From the NCBI RefSeq assembly GCF_009914755.1, contig NC_060931.1: 64,000 nt of DNA, one strand, 5' to 3'. Position 1 is the first letter of the stretch. Each line of letters starts with the position of its first letter. Below, piece by piece: positions 29,401 to 45,466 of the stretch. The stretch comes from the human T2T-CHM13v2.0 reference genome, Homo sapiens. Both the position numbers and the translations under genes were made by a program. A model generated the notes under the pieces. It searched no databases, was not told the DNA's origin, and saw nothing but the letters and a program-made list of their open reading frames with translations.

Positions 29401-30308
29401 CAAAGACATTTTTCATTTATGTACAGTGGGTTTTTTTTTTTTGCTTCTATCACTTCCTTTGAGCCTTTCTTTGAGCTTCCATCCCTCCGCTTTTATTAAC
29501 TATTCATCCATTCTTGTCGTTATCTCATTTTTCCACTAGAACCCTTATTATACTTTTGCAGTTATTTTAAATTCTCCGTCTGATAATCCCTAAATCTGTG
29601 CCATATCTCAATATGGTACTAATGCTTGTTTTGTCTTTTTCACTGCATTTTTTCCTGCTTTTTACATGTCTTGTAATCATCTTGAACCCTGAAAATGATA
29701 TATTGTGTGATAGGTAATGAAGTAAATTGGCCTTTAGTGTGAGGTTTTATGTTAATCTGGCTAGGAGTTCGGCTGTGTTTAATGTTTGCTGTGGCCCTGG
29801 GTGCCAGAGGCTTTAGTTTTCCCCAGTGTCTTTGTTTTTGTCTCTCTTGTTGTCTAAATGTTTTCCTGAGAACTCATTTTTAAATAGGCTCTGGGTATTG
29901 GCAGCTTCTTCAGCTTTAATTCAATGCTATTGTACTGAAACCCTGATGATGTATGACAACATAGTATGGAGCAGAGGACACACTGTATAATCCTGTGAAT
30001 AAATCTCAGGCTCTTAGTGGTCCTGTGTTCCTGGAGAGGGATTTTCATAAATGTTTCCTACATTCACTGCCCTTCTCCAGCCCCACTTCTTAAGTGGGAC
30101 GGAAAGAATTGATGCTACTAGAATTGAGTAATTTTCCTTCCTCCTATGTCAGATAAGGTTATGGTAAAGTCTTTAGGCCTTTGTGATGGAGAAGGCGCTG
30201 GGCATATTCCAAATGAGTTACTTTTCCCTAGCCTCTGCCAAAGACACAAGGTGATTTTTCTTGGATCTTTCTCCATGAGAACCTGATGGCTCCTGGAGAT
30301 AAAACCCA

Positions 30309-30309
<1 letters not shown>

Positions 30310-30340
<31 letters not shown>
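30310..30340. repeat. A31 homopolymer
   Basis: Counted directly. Confidence 0.95.
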
Positions 30341-30345
<5 letters not shown>

Positions 30346-30659
30346 GGCTCCCTGTCTGTGGCCCTCAGCAGTTTCTCACACTCAGGTTTGTCCACACTCA
30401 GTCTCCAGCTGTTTTACAAAATTACCACTTATGTGTTTATGGCTCTGTGGGCTTCTGCTCCTGGTAAGCTGGTGTCAGTTATGTTTCTCTGTATTTGTGT
30501 GTCACTCCAGATTTCTGGGTGGTGACGTTTGCTGGGACCTCGATTCTCTCTTAAATCTAAGAATGTCATTGATTGATTTTCATTCTGTTCTCCATTTTAT
30601 TTGTCATAATAATAGACTGATAACTTTTAAAACTTCACCTGTTAAAGCCAAAACCAGAA

Positions 30660-33320
<2,661 letters not shown>

Positions 33321-35709
33321 ACCACACATTTTAATTTTGATAGTTATTCTCTGACCTTCCTCTAGAATATAAGTTACTTGAAGGCTGAATTTTATCTTTT
33401 CTTGTTCGTTTGTTTGTTTGGTTGGTTGTTTTTCACTATTAGAAGAGTAACTGGACATAGTAGACATTCAATAAATTTAAATAGGAAAATAAAAATTCCT
33501 CTCCTAATAGTGTACATAACTAGCTAATTCTACCAAATCCTTTCACTGAGAATAGTTGGAAAAGATATTTTTTAAAAATATTCTTAAAGGTATTGAAAAG
33601 CTAATAAGAATGAAGAACTATCAAATCAAGATACAGATAAAATCAAAGGGTTAATAAAGTTTTTGTTTGTTTGTTTTTGTTTTTATTTTTTTCTCTTAGG
33701 GACATATGCCAATTCCTGAGAAGCTGGGTAGGCTTCTGAGAGTATCACAGGGCAAGAAATTGGTTACTGTAATCTGTGGTTGACTATGTCAGGACTGGCA
33801 ACCTTTTCTTCTTTTGGTTGGAACAGTTGCCTTCTATAGTAAGGTCAAAATAAGATTATGCAGAATGACAATAACCTTGCAAATCAATTGCTGGTTTTTG
33901 AGAGTTTTTTTTTTAATCATTTCTTTTATCTTTCATTTTAGCATGGCGTTTTTCAAATTGCCAAAATGTTAAGAGGATGCCCCACAAATCTATGACACGT
34001 CTATAACAGAAAATATAGCATAAAAATAGAAATTAGAAACCCCACTACTTTTACAGTTTTGAGTATCTCCTGGGTGTGTATTTCTGGCAAGTTCTGATTT
34101 ATTATTGTCATGCCTTCTGTCCTTTGTAGGTGACACCCCTCAGCACTATGGCAGACAGATTTTTTCAAGGAGCCTAGGTTAGCTCTAGTTTAATTTTTCT
34201 CGGATTGTGAATTTTTATACATTGCTTCCCTACTCCATATCCCTTAGCAGCTTGGTAAACAATAGCTCCTGTGTTATTTTGTTGTCTTTGTTTTTCCCCG
34301 GGAAAACTGGATGTGCATCATTTCTTTTTGAATGGGTATTGGAACTAATTTCAAGTTCTACTCATGTGGTTATTGTTGTTATTTCCCTTCCTCTTCCAGT
34401 TTTGATTTTTTTTCATTGCATAGTTTCCTGTGGTTCATTTCCATCCCACACCCTGCAAACCACTCCAACACAATCCAGAACATTTATTCTTGTTCTCCCT
34501 GGAGTGTTCCTCACCATTCTGCAGAAAGTTCCTTGGGTTTGGCGTCTCCTTATTTCCAAATGCATAACAGTGCCTTCCAATTCACAGCTACCCATTATTC
34601 CCAATTTCATCATCACTTTTGCCAGATGCCAAGCCCACCAGCAGGCAGGATATTTACCTCAGGGCACTTACCATTATAAATTGCAAAGTCTGTGGTGATT
34701 TAGTGTCCATACTCAGTTTGAAAACAATCAGCAAACCTCTTTATTCAATTAAGCAGTAACAAAACAGTAAGTGCGTAATAGTTATGTTATTCACTCCATT
34801 ATTTATATCAACAAAAAACCCAGTTATGTCAGTTAGATAAGTGCCAAATTATTGTAGAAATTTGTCCCAGGTGGAAGTGAGTTCTGGTGTTTTTTCTAAA
34901 AAGTCAGAATAGGTAATAATTCCATGATCATTAATATAAATCTGTTATGTGTTCAGACCAGTGCAAATTTTCTGGAACATTTTCATAATTTATAAGACAC
35001 TCAAATTTTCTCAGAGAACCCTGTATCTACACAAGTGTTATTGTTGTAATTTGATTTTAAGGTGAAACCAGTGCATTAATAGCTTTTCAAAAAAAAGATG
35101 ATGAAAAAGGCATACATCAATTGTAAAGCGTACCTTTATATCAGATATATTAAAATGTAAGCCAATGTGTACTTCAGGATCAAGAACACACAATAAAACC
35201 TTCAATCTCTTATACAACAGCACGTGTTGAACATTTCCTGACTACCAGGAACTATGCTAGGAATTGGACACACTCAGGTTAGTAAAACAGCCTAGCTACT
35301 GCTCTCAAATTATGCTCAGTGAAGTGGAGGAGAAGAGAAAGTCAATAGATAATTGAAACACAAGGTGTCAGGTAAAGGCTTAGTTCAATATCTAGTGAAG
35401 ATTTTTGAGCATCGTGCCAGACTTTCACTGTTTAAAAGATTTAAAAACAAAAAGCATGTGTTTCAAGTCAAGGATAAATGAAGAAAAAAAAAAAAGAATA
35501 AGAAAAAAAAGAAAAAAAGCAATCTGTAACCCTAGGCTGGAAGTGAAGAAAATGGGACAAAGGAATCAATGGAGCTGAAAGGGTATGCTGGCCAGCAGGA
35601 CGCTGGTAGAGGTGAAAAGCTGGGCAAAGCAGCGCACCAGGACCCCCTGTAAATGCCATGGTGGGCTTGGGGCATAGTGAACCTCTTCAAGTAGCCTGAG
35701 GATAAAACT

Positions 35710-36734
35710 TGAGAAGTAAAATTAATTCGAAACCTCCTAACCAACTGAACGGACCATCTTTTGGCCAGTGGGACCCCAGAGTAACCTTGAAAACTGAGTT
35801 CTCCTCCATGAACTGAGCTCAGACAGGCCTCCTCATGCCTCCTCCCTCGCTAACCACCATTAGCTTTTCTTCCTTAAGGGCTAAACAGACACCAGCCCTT
35901 TAAGAAGATTCCACCGCTGACATCATCCAGTCTCCTGATGCTTCCCCTACTCTTTTACCTGATTTGACACCACCAGCCATGGAGTGGTTCTGACCAGACT
36001 ACAGAGAATGCACAGTGAGGGTTTTTGCATGTTCTGCTTCACCTTTTGTTGTCAGAGGGCCAAAAATTCCACCCTCTGATTTAGCATTTTTTGTACATGG
36101 AAGCTGTCTGTGAAAGGGTAAAAATGCAACTGCCTGTGCGTTCCTCCTCTCAAAAATATTCATGACTCTTTTTTATGGCTGCATAGTATTCCATTGTGTA
36201 TATGAGATCATGTCTTTTTCAGAAACATGGATGGAGCTGAAGGTCATTATCCTAAGCAAACTATCACATGAACAAAAAAGCTAAATACATGTTCTCACTT
36301 ATAAGTGGGAGCTAAACTTTGAATAAGTGTGAACACAAAGGGAATAGACACAGGGGCCTACTTGAGGGTGAAGGGTGGGGAGGAGGAGGAGGATTCAAAA
36401 ACTATCTATTGAGTACTATGCTTATTACCTGGGTAACAAAATATTCTATACACCAAACCCCCATGACATGCAATTAACCTACGTAACAAACCTGCCCATG
36501 TAACTCTGAAACTAAAAGTTAAAAAAAAAATTATGACTTCTTCTATGACTTATTAAATATGTATATTTGGTCACCCTATTCAGCATTAATTTCTGTTCCC
36601 TTTGTCCCTTCTGGCCAGAGGCTATGCTCCCAGCCTGTCAGAATGACCACCTTGCAGGCTGCAACCCTTTAAGAGAAACAAAGCTCTCCTCTCCACATTT
36701 ATGAGCCTGTCATCCTCATTCTTCAGTTGCCACA
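35710..36734 (+). mobile_element. ERV1 MER4-group solo LTR (MER50-like), interrupted by an L1
   Basis: aaccaactgaacggacc...ggccagtgggaccccagag 5' motif; caggctgcaacccttt...cttcagttg 3' motif; subfamily from memory. Confidence 0.65.
36168..36530 (+). mobile_element. 5'-truncated L1PA13-16-like element with a ~36-bp 5' inversion
   Basis: L1 3'UTR and A tail; TSD t(c/t)atgact (36160-36167, 36531-36538). Confidence 0.88.
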
Positions 36735-37714
36735 CTAAGAAAAGAGCCCTGGAGATGAAGGAGGTAAGAAGCCATCCTTTGCCCCAGTAGAGAGAAGCCA
36801 GTATTTCCAGCCTTCCTAGAATTAGGTGAAATGAGAACCTTAAGTCTCCCTTTCTCCCTTCCTTTCACCACTTTCCCCTCTGCCTCTCTCATCCTCTCTC
36901 CCCTTTTCTTCTCACCTCCACTCTTCTGTCTCCCTGTGTCTCTCTTTTCTCCTTATCCATCTACGTTTGTGGAAAACATTTACATTTCAAGTGTTTGGCC
37001 TAGAAATCCTAAATAGTATATGCCCAAGCTTATGCAATGATATTAACTAACTTTGAAACCTCAGGGCTGCTTTTACCCACTCTCTTTTTGCACTTGCTCC
37101 TGGTTTCAGGGACACAGGCTAAAAGGCTTTGGTTTCCATGTTCAATTGCCAACATCTTCTGACCTGACCGAATTTATTCTTTTCCTGTTGCTGCTGGGAC
37201 TCATGGCTTCTCTTGTGCATGATGAGGCTCCTAAAATGTATAAATTGTCATTTTGCTGTGTCAAGAAGTTAGTCTTATTTGACTTAAGGAAAGTAGCTTT
37301 GACTTAAGTAAAGTAGCTTAGTCTTATTTGACTTAAGGAAAGCAGCTTTCTCGGTTCTCTTTGGAGGGAAAAATATGTTTTTCAATTAAAATGCATCCCC
37401 GTGAGCTACATACTTCCTAAAGTTGCACTACAAGTTGTCCTCAACTGGAGGGAGCCCGATTCACCCTGATTGCCCCAGGCCTTAGGAACTCCTGGCCTGC
37501 CCGTAGACAACAGCAGCCTGAGTATAAGGAGCAGCTCAGCATGGATCTATGTCGCCAGAGAAAGGGTTTGAATTTCAAAAACCCACATCAGTGCCAGTGA
37601 AGTTCAAGAGAGAAGCACAACACACCTTTTCTCCAAGGATTACTGGATAATGGCTTTTAAATACAGACTTTTACAAACTCGATACCCAACAGAGGCCCTG
37701 GAGACTTTTCCTGC

Positions 37715-38482
37715 TGAAATGGGAGAGTTCTCTGACCCCCTCGCGGGACATGTGACAGGGGTGTGGTTTGTCTGTTCATCCACTGCCATGGACTTAAACC
37801 CCTTACCGGAAGGGGAGCACACAGACCACCAGGTGCAGGAACCTGGTGAGCGCTTTTGGGTTCTGTCCCCACAGTAGCATCTAGGAGTGAGGCCTGTAAC
37901 TCCCGAAGCCACAGTGGGCATGTTACAGTACCCTCTTAGCTCTGCTGTCCGCAGACAGCTTAAGCGTGAACCAGCTCTGTGTCCTCTTGGTACCCAGATC
38001 CTTGTCAGGCGTTCAGGAAGAATCAGGTAACATACAGCCTTGAAGGTTGGTGACTGCAGGGGTTTTACTGAGTGGTGGAGGTGGCGCTCAGTGGGATGGA
38101 TAGGGAGCTGAAGAGAAGATGGAGTAGGAAGATGATCATGTCCTGAAGTTCGACTGTCCTGTGGTCAACCTCCTCTCCAACCATCTCCAGCCAAACTCCT
38201 GTCGATATTCATACGCTCCTTCTTTTCTCTCCTTCTCTGTTGTGCCATTCTGTGGCTCTGTCACTCTACTGCTCCTCTGCTTTTCTGCTTGTGGAGCCTG
38301 GGGTTTAGGATTTATATGGTTACAGGATGGGGGAGTGTGGTGGGCCAAAAGGCAAAAATTGGGCATGAAAACAGAAACGCCTCTTCCCATACAGGGCAGC
38401 GGGTTTCCAGGCTTAAGGGTGGGGCCTTTGCCAGGGAACTGCCTTCGTCTACCCAGTATCTCCCTGCCTCCTGTTCATATCA
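37715..38482 (-). mobile_element. ERV1 solo LTR (LTR1/LTR27/LTR28 group)
   Basis: Minus strand TGATATGAACAGGAGGCAGGGAG...CTCTCCCATTTCA; 4-bp TSD CTGC (37711-37714, 38483-38486). Confidence 0.85.
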
Positions 38483-41439
38483 CTGCCTTTTTGGAAGGTT
38501 CAGAACTGATCAGATAAGAGACAGCCCTTCATTCATCATATAAGTGTACAGCCACAGAAAACCAAGAACATGTGCTAAATTTCCCAAGAACATGTAATCC
38601 TCCTTTCCTCTAGCAATTGGCTAGAGGAAGAGTAAGACACAGAGTGAGAGTTAGAGTGTGAGACTCCATGTGGCCCTGAAATCAAGGTTGCCAGGAAGGA
38701 AGCTGCCTAGTGCCTCCTCTCATCGTGCTGTCTGGCCACGGTGACCTCAGGTACAATGTCCCCTCTGTTCAGACAAGTCAGGTTTACTGGGCTGTGGGCT
38801 CAAAAGGGCTTCTCACCCTAGAGATGGCCAAACATCCCTATTAAGCGTGGCCAGTAAGAGGCTCTCCCTCCCCATGCCCACCTTGCTCTTTTATCTGTCT
38901 GAGGAGAGAGGAGGTTGAGGGTACCCCTCCCACTGCTCTTCACCCTCACTTCTTGCTTCAAGACAGCTGGGAAGAATGCTAAGTTAATAAAAATGTCTAT
39001 TCAAAAAACCCACTGAAAGGGTGTGAGCAATTAAGCCTATTCATGACAGTGTGAGGCCAACAGACAAGCCAGTTGGCCTTGAGCTCAGGCTTGCTAATAA
39101 TAGCATCATCCAGCGCATCTCAGAGCTGTGGGGGACTGCAGGATGACATCACCCAGATGGAAGCCGGAGGAATGGGCAAACCACAAGGTCCCAAGGGCTG
39201 ATGATCACTGCAAGGAGCTGGAGAAAATCCATGTGTATGAGGGGCTGAGCAGCCCTGTGTACCATTCAGTTTTTTCCTCTATTATGGAGAGGTGGTGATA
39301 TTGTGGGAAGGTCTGGAATCGGGGCTGCATTCGATTTCACCCTAATTAAAAGTCATGAGGCAACTGTTAACTGCAGCTTACTCACAGTAAAAGATCTACA
39401 GAACAATTACTGGTGTGGTACCTTGGAAACCCCCCTCCAATGAGATCCACATTCAGGCACCAAGAGGGGAGCAGCGGAGGCATTCTAGGAAAAGCAGATC
39501 TGTCTGGTCGGGTTGCACCTTCTGTGGAGGAGTGGGCATAATGGGTACTCTTAGAGAGTTTTCAGTGTTTTCAGGTTCCCAAAATTGGCTGCTGGTAACA
39601 AGCAGTGAGCATCTCTCTATAACCTGTCCTCACACAGGCACACAGCACATGCGCCTTTGTAAGGACGGGAGAGGGAGGTGTCACTTCTGAGAAACATCTG
39701 TTGGTCTGCTCACATAATACAAGCCTTTGTGAAGTTAATTAGGGAATCATGAGAGTATTGACACTACATTAGGTCAGAAAAAAAAATCAGATACTAGGAA
39801 ATCGCTTAAATCTCTTCTTAAGCTGAAAATATCGTTAAGAAATGTTTCCGCTTAGACCAAGTCAGAGATAACCCTCCAACACTCCTCACTCCCTGCCAGA
39901 AACTGACTTCACTTTTATAACATAGACAGGCTGATGATGAATGCCTCTCGTATTCAGCTTTGACCAAGCTTAGAGCAAAATAATTTAAATTGTTAAAGTT
40001 TGAAAGCATTTATTTTGTTTTGGATTCAAAAGCAAAATTTGTTGTCTTATATGTGAAGAACAACTCTGAGTGTGGCACATCAGCCCACAACAAATGCTAA
40101 TTACTTTTATAATTGTTACTACTACTACTAAGGCTACTACCCTGGGCACGGAAACAGACAATAATGTTACCTATATATTATATAATATAGATATATATAT
40201 GACTGTTAAGAATATTTTTTTAAAAGATAAAGGAAGACTTTTAGTTAGGCTGGGTCTGTCTAGGACTCACACACACACACAGTTTCAGAAGAGGAAGCCT
40301 TTCCATTCTTTCCAGCAGCCTATTCTCATGATCCTGTAAAAGACAAGGGAATGGGAGGGTCAGGATCACTCAGATTCAATAATCAGCATATGTTCAAAGA
40401 GAAACATTTCTGATGAAAGCAGAAGCTTCAAGGAACATTCTGGAACTGAATGGGTCCTTAGCTTCCAGGGCTGTGATGCAGATGGTCTCGGTGATCCTGG
40501 AGGCCCTGGACTTATGGTCCCCTTGCAGACCATGCAGAGGAAGATAGCACATCCAAAGCTTATGAACCAGTTTTCCTTGTTGACACTGGCTCTGAGGCTT
40601 GATCTGGGCTCGACAGAAGCTCAGGCAAGACATCCAGAGAGATAGTCGTTGTTCAAGAAACCAGCAGAGCCCAGGAAGAGTAAACGTAAAAGCAACTTGA
40701 TAGAAACAAGAGGAAAACCATACAATAGCTAAACAAAACCTAGAACATAACTACAGTTAGTTTTTAAGTTGGAAGTTGAGAACCCCAGGAAAAAGTCTTG
40801 CATAAAAGAAAGGAAAAGGTAAAACCAGCATTCTGAGGGTGGTGGAGAAGCTTCCTCAGTTTTTCTCGGAAACTTGAGCAAAGCACTGATAGTAAGTGCA
40901 TAAGCGTAAACCCTTAACTGTTGTGTGCCGTTTTCTTCTCTTAGCTTCCCACCAGCCTGGCTACCAAGACATCCTATTATAACTTGAAAATTGAGATATG
41001 TTTAAAATTAAATAATATTTGTTAGAACTCTGATGTTTCCCTTGGTGTCCTGATTTTTCCCCTGGTAAGACTAGCATGGGATTTAATAATCCTCAGGAAG
41101 AAATGTCAACAAAACCATTTTCCACCACGCCTCAACTAATGAACACACTTTCTGACTACCCACGAATGAACTGGAGTATTCCAAACATGGAATAATTTTA
41201 AAGTGATCATTTCTTAATCTAATTAAAAGTTTGATTTATTAGTTTTTGTTAGTTTTTTTTTCCTGATTTTTACTCCTGAACACAGGATCTTAATTATGCT
41301 TAAATTAGGCTCCCATTTAATATGGTCTGTCTTTCCTGAGCATAAACTAAGGCATGTCAGACAAGGGAGTTCCCAAAGCCTGCAAGCATGATGTTTGATT
41401 AGTATAACGTTACTTGTATCAAATAGATCCCAAAATGTC

Positions 41440-41760
41440 TAACTTTTTGACTAAAATATCAGACGATTTATAAATGAGTTATTCTTGTTTCTTGGACACA
41501 GAAAGTCCGAGGTGTACGTTGTAGGTGTACAGGTGTTTCCCTGCATACCCGTGATTCAGGGATTGAGTTGTTATTCATCTTGTGATTCCATGACTGGCTG
41601 AGGCAACTTTTTGATCTGCATACATCAAGTCATTGGGAAAAGAGGATGGACAATGAACAGCTGCTTCTTGCAGGCCTTGAAGCATCTATGACCATGTCAC
41701 TTCCACTCACACTCAACATGAAGTGGTGTCTACCTGTGTGCCCAGGAGAAAATTGAACTC
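41440..41760. mobile_element. Old MLT1-like LTR fragment
   Basis: gattcagggatt...catcttgtgattcc and tcacttccactcacac motifs; weak. Confidence 0.4.
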
Positions 41761-42550
41761 TCTGGGAATGCACCCTGGGGCAGGTCCTATAAAAGGATAA
41801 CATATGAGCTGCAGATTCTCCCTAAATGCAACATTACAGCAATGTTCAGCCCCTTGGTTAGAACTTAGAGACTAACTAGTCCATTTTATATGTATACACA
41901 TATACATATAAAAAATACATACACAAGTAAGGTAGAAAATGAAAAAACCCACCTATAATAACTGCATACAACTTAGTAATACAAAATCATATGGTTCCCT
42001 GAATATGGTAGTTCAAACCAAACATGCTAGCAGGAAGTCTTACACAAGACCAGAAGATGTGTAGGGGAAGCAGGAGGAAGAGAAACAGGCAAGTGCTAAC
42101 TAACCTCAAAAGCTACAGACTCCAGGATATGACATCTCCTCTATAATTGGGTACACAGACAAGTGATTGTGTGAATAACATACTGAACTGGGAGAAGTTG
42201 CCAGAGGCTCTCACTTTGTGTAAGGGCATGAAAAATCTTAAAAGGGCTGTGAAAAGATCAAACAGTACGACGACTTAAGCTCTTGGGCATTCCAGAAATA
42301 ATGCACAACACTCTCTGAAGATATACTGCCAGGAGCTGAAGTCAGAGATACTGTGGGTACAGAAGAGACACATTATTCAGACACTGGTTTCAGAAGAGGT
42401 AGATCTCTGGAAGTAATAACTTTGCAAAACAGAGAATTTACAGCCAATGCCACCAGCTTGGAAAGCAAGGTCCATGGGGATCTGGACAATGCAAAGTTAC
42501 AGGGAAGTGAACTCCAAAATAGGCTTAGCCCTGAGAGATACAGATGTGGC

Positions 42551-42604
42551 AAAAAAAAAAAAGAAAGAAAGAAAGAAAGAAAAAAAGAAAAAGAGAAAAA
42601 AAAA
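42551..42604. repeat. A-rich/(AAAG)n simple repeat
   Basis: Direct reading. Confidence 0.9.
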
Positions 42605-42804
42605 GTGCACGTACCCGAGCACCTCATAGTAATAATAGAGGAGGAAGCCCTGGATTTGTAAAGCTGGAAAAGAGTCCTGTCCTATCCCAACCTCCCCTCA
42701 GTGTTCTCCTGGTAGTTTAGGAAAATCCGTCTCATTTAAGCATGGGTAACAAAATAAGCTTACAGTCAAAACATATTTAAATTTATTATAAGAAGAAAAA
42801 AATA

Positions 42805-43158
<354 letters not shown>

Positions 43159-43269
43159 TTACATACACTGGACATTTTTAAATTAATAAAAATGAATTAA
43201 GAAATTGAAAAAAAAAATCGATGAATGAACAGCATAGTTTAAAAAAAAAGTTCAGAAATAATATGCCTA

Positions 43270-43440
43270 GACCCTCACTCTGTAAACATTAATGTGCCTA
43301 GGGATCATAATGTGGTCTTGGCAAATGCAGGTTCTGGTTCTCTAAGTCTGGGATGAGGCCTGAGATATTGTATTTCTAGCAAGCTACCAGGTGATATGGA
43401 TGTTATCTGTCTGTGGATTCCATTTTGAAACACAAAGGTT
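43270..43440. mobile_element. MER5A hAT DNA transposon
   Basis: aaatgcaggttctg...gtctgggatgaggcctgaga...atttctagcaagctaccaggtgat. Confidence 0.75.
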
Positions 43441-43464
43441 TATACAAAGAATTGGCATATTTTA

Positions 43465-43635
43465 AAAAGCAACTATGGCTGGCTGCCTGTCTATGTAAAT
43501 AAAGTTTTAATGGGACACAACCACATCCATAAGTTCACATATTGTCTATGGCTGCCTTTGTGCTTCAGTAGCAGAATTCATCTTTGTAATAGTGGTCTTA
43601 TGGCCCCTTACAGAAAACTTTTCCAATCCCTGATC
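43465..43635. mobile_element. MER58A hAT DNA transposon
   Basis: gtaaataaagttttaatgggacacaacc...tggccccttacagaaaac. Confidence 0.75.
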
Positions 43636-43744
43636 AAAACAATAGTATATGAATAGAAAGAGAAAGAATCACAGCAAGGAACTAGAAAAATATTCAGAAA
43701 TTAAGGTTCAATTTTTAAAAACTCAAGAGAAAATAAATACCAAT

Positions 43745-44158
43745 TGTTATGGAATGGCAATTGTTACGGAATGTTTGTATTCCCATGCAAATTCATATGT
43801 TGAAGCCTTAATTCCCAATGTGGTAGTATCCAGAAAGGGCCTTTGGGAGGAAATTAGGGTTAGATGAGATGATGAGGAGACAGTGCCCATGATGAGATTA
43901 CTGTCCTTATAAAAAGAGAAACCAGAATGCCTGTGCTTGTTCTCTCTCTCAACGAGCTCACAGAGAGGCAGTTATATAAACATACAGCAAGACGGCAGGC
44001 ACCTACCAACCAAGAAAAGAAGCTGTAGAATGAAATCTACCTTTCTGACACCTTGATCTTGGACTTCTCCACCCTCACAACTGTGAGAAAGAAACATTTG
44101 TTGTTTAAACCGCACATCCTACTGCAATTTGTTATCACAGTCCAAGGTGGCTAAGACA
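43745..44158 (+). mobile_element. MaLR solo LTR (MLT1A/MSTD-like)
   Basis: tgttatgg...aaattcatatgttgaagcc...ttgatcttggacttc...ggctaagaca. Confidence 0.8.
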
Positions 44159-44514
44159 CCATGGAAAACATGGTACAAAAAGTAGATAATTTTTTTTAAA
44201 AAGCCAGAGACAAAAGTATCAGAAATAAAGAAAGAGAATTTTTTAAAATCTTTCAGAGAAATTTAGTAAGTATAGATGTCAGAAAACTACAGATCATGAG
44301 TCAATTCTAGTTTGTATCCTGTGTTTGTATAATTACTAATCATAAAATAATTTTGTACATATTTAAAGAGTTGTTTGAAAAAGGAAGAGGAAAAAGAAAA
44401 ATTAAAAAAAGAAAAAATGAAGAAGAAGGGGAAGATAAGGAGAAACAGAAGAAAAAGAAGAAATAATATATGGCCTGCAAAACCTAAAATACTTTCAGAA
44501 AATATCTGTCTATC

Positions 44515-45400
44515 TCTGCTATAGAAGACTGGCAAGGGACATTTAACATACAGATAATTGGCTTCCCCAATGAAGAACATGAAAGTGATGGAAAAAACAA
44601 GCATTTAAAACTATAGTCCAAGAAAATTTTCATGAAATAAAAGACTTGTAAATGCAAGCTGACACCTAGTGAAAGGGTCCATTGTGTACCTACAAAATTT
44701 GATGCGGTGTGGTCCACGTGGAGAGAAAGTCTAGTAAACATTTTGAAATGAATATGTGTGTGTGTGTAAAGGGAGCTGTTGTCCTATTTTTATTAGTAAC
44801 AGCTCCTTCTTTTACATTCTCAAGTGTCTTACTTTGAACAATAAATTATAAGGTTATCCTACTAGAAAGAGAGTAGCTTTAGCCTTTCAATACCAACATT
44901 GCATAGCAGAAGTCACATAGAATTATGTTAAATATGTCAAAGGAAAGAAAATATAACCATGGAATTTAACATATTGCAAAAAGTTTTTAATTCTTAAAGA
45001 CTGCAAACAAATGAGTTCAAAAATTAAAGGATAATAGAGACTATTTTTCCCATGAGCCCTTCCTATAAAACTTATTAGAGAGCAAGAATGAAAAAATAAT
45101 TAAGGAAAATTTGCCATAATATCTAGGGTGAGGATGGAGTATATTTAATTGTATAATTAAGACTAATATTTCAGGAAATGGGTTACAAAATATTGGGTAA
45201 TATTAGATAGGCTGACAATGCAAAAAAAATACAATTAACAAAAAGGAAAGTGAAATACAGAGAGTAGACTGAAAGACAAATAGGCTCATAGATTAACTCA
45301 ACAGTATTAGCTAAACTTAAAAGAAATTAGTAAGAGGGAAGAAGAAGGCCGAATAAAAATAAGTTTACTATCTAAGTCCATTATTGCTCACATTAGTAAA
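44515..45400 (+). mobile_element. HAL1/old L1 ORF1-like fragment
   Basis: aacatacagataattggcttcccc...aagaaaattttcatgaaataaaagacttg; further pieces at 43150-44285. Confidence 0.55.
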
Positions 45401-45466
45401 AGAATAGAGAATGACAAAAGAAAAGCACTATGAATATTATAACTACACTGATTTAGAGTTATAAAT

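Larger units (their letters stand above)
21570..30655 (-). mobile_element. Near full-length degraded L1 (L1MC/L1MD-type) with nested insertions
   Basis: Long 3'UTR (21570-23600), ORF2 remnants (TTAEYIFLSDSHGTLTKVDNIL...LSDHN, IILDGDKLDAFLLRSG), ORF1 remnants and 5'UTR to ~30650. Confidence 0.8.

Noticed and set aside
34207-34698. 163-aa ORF with overlapping ORFs
   Set aside because: GTG start, no recognisable domain, and composition of T-rich non-coding DNA
37269-37349. CRISPR-like repeat array
   Set aside because: Only three short copies, no unique spacers, no cas genes, and the DNA is human
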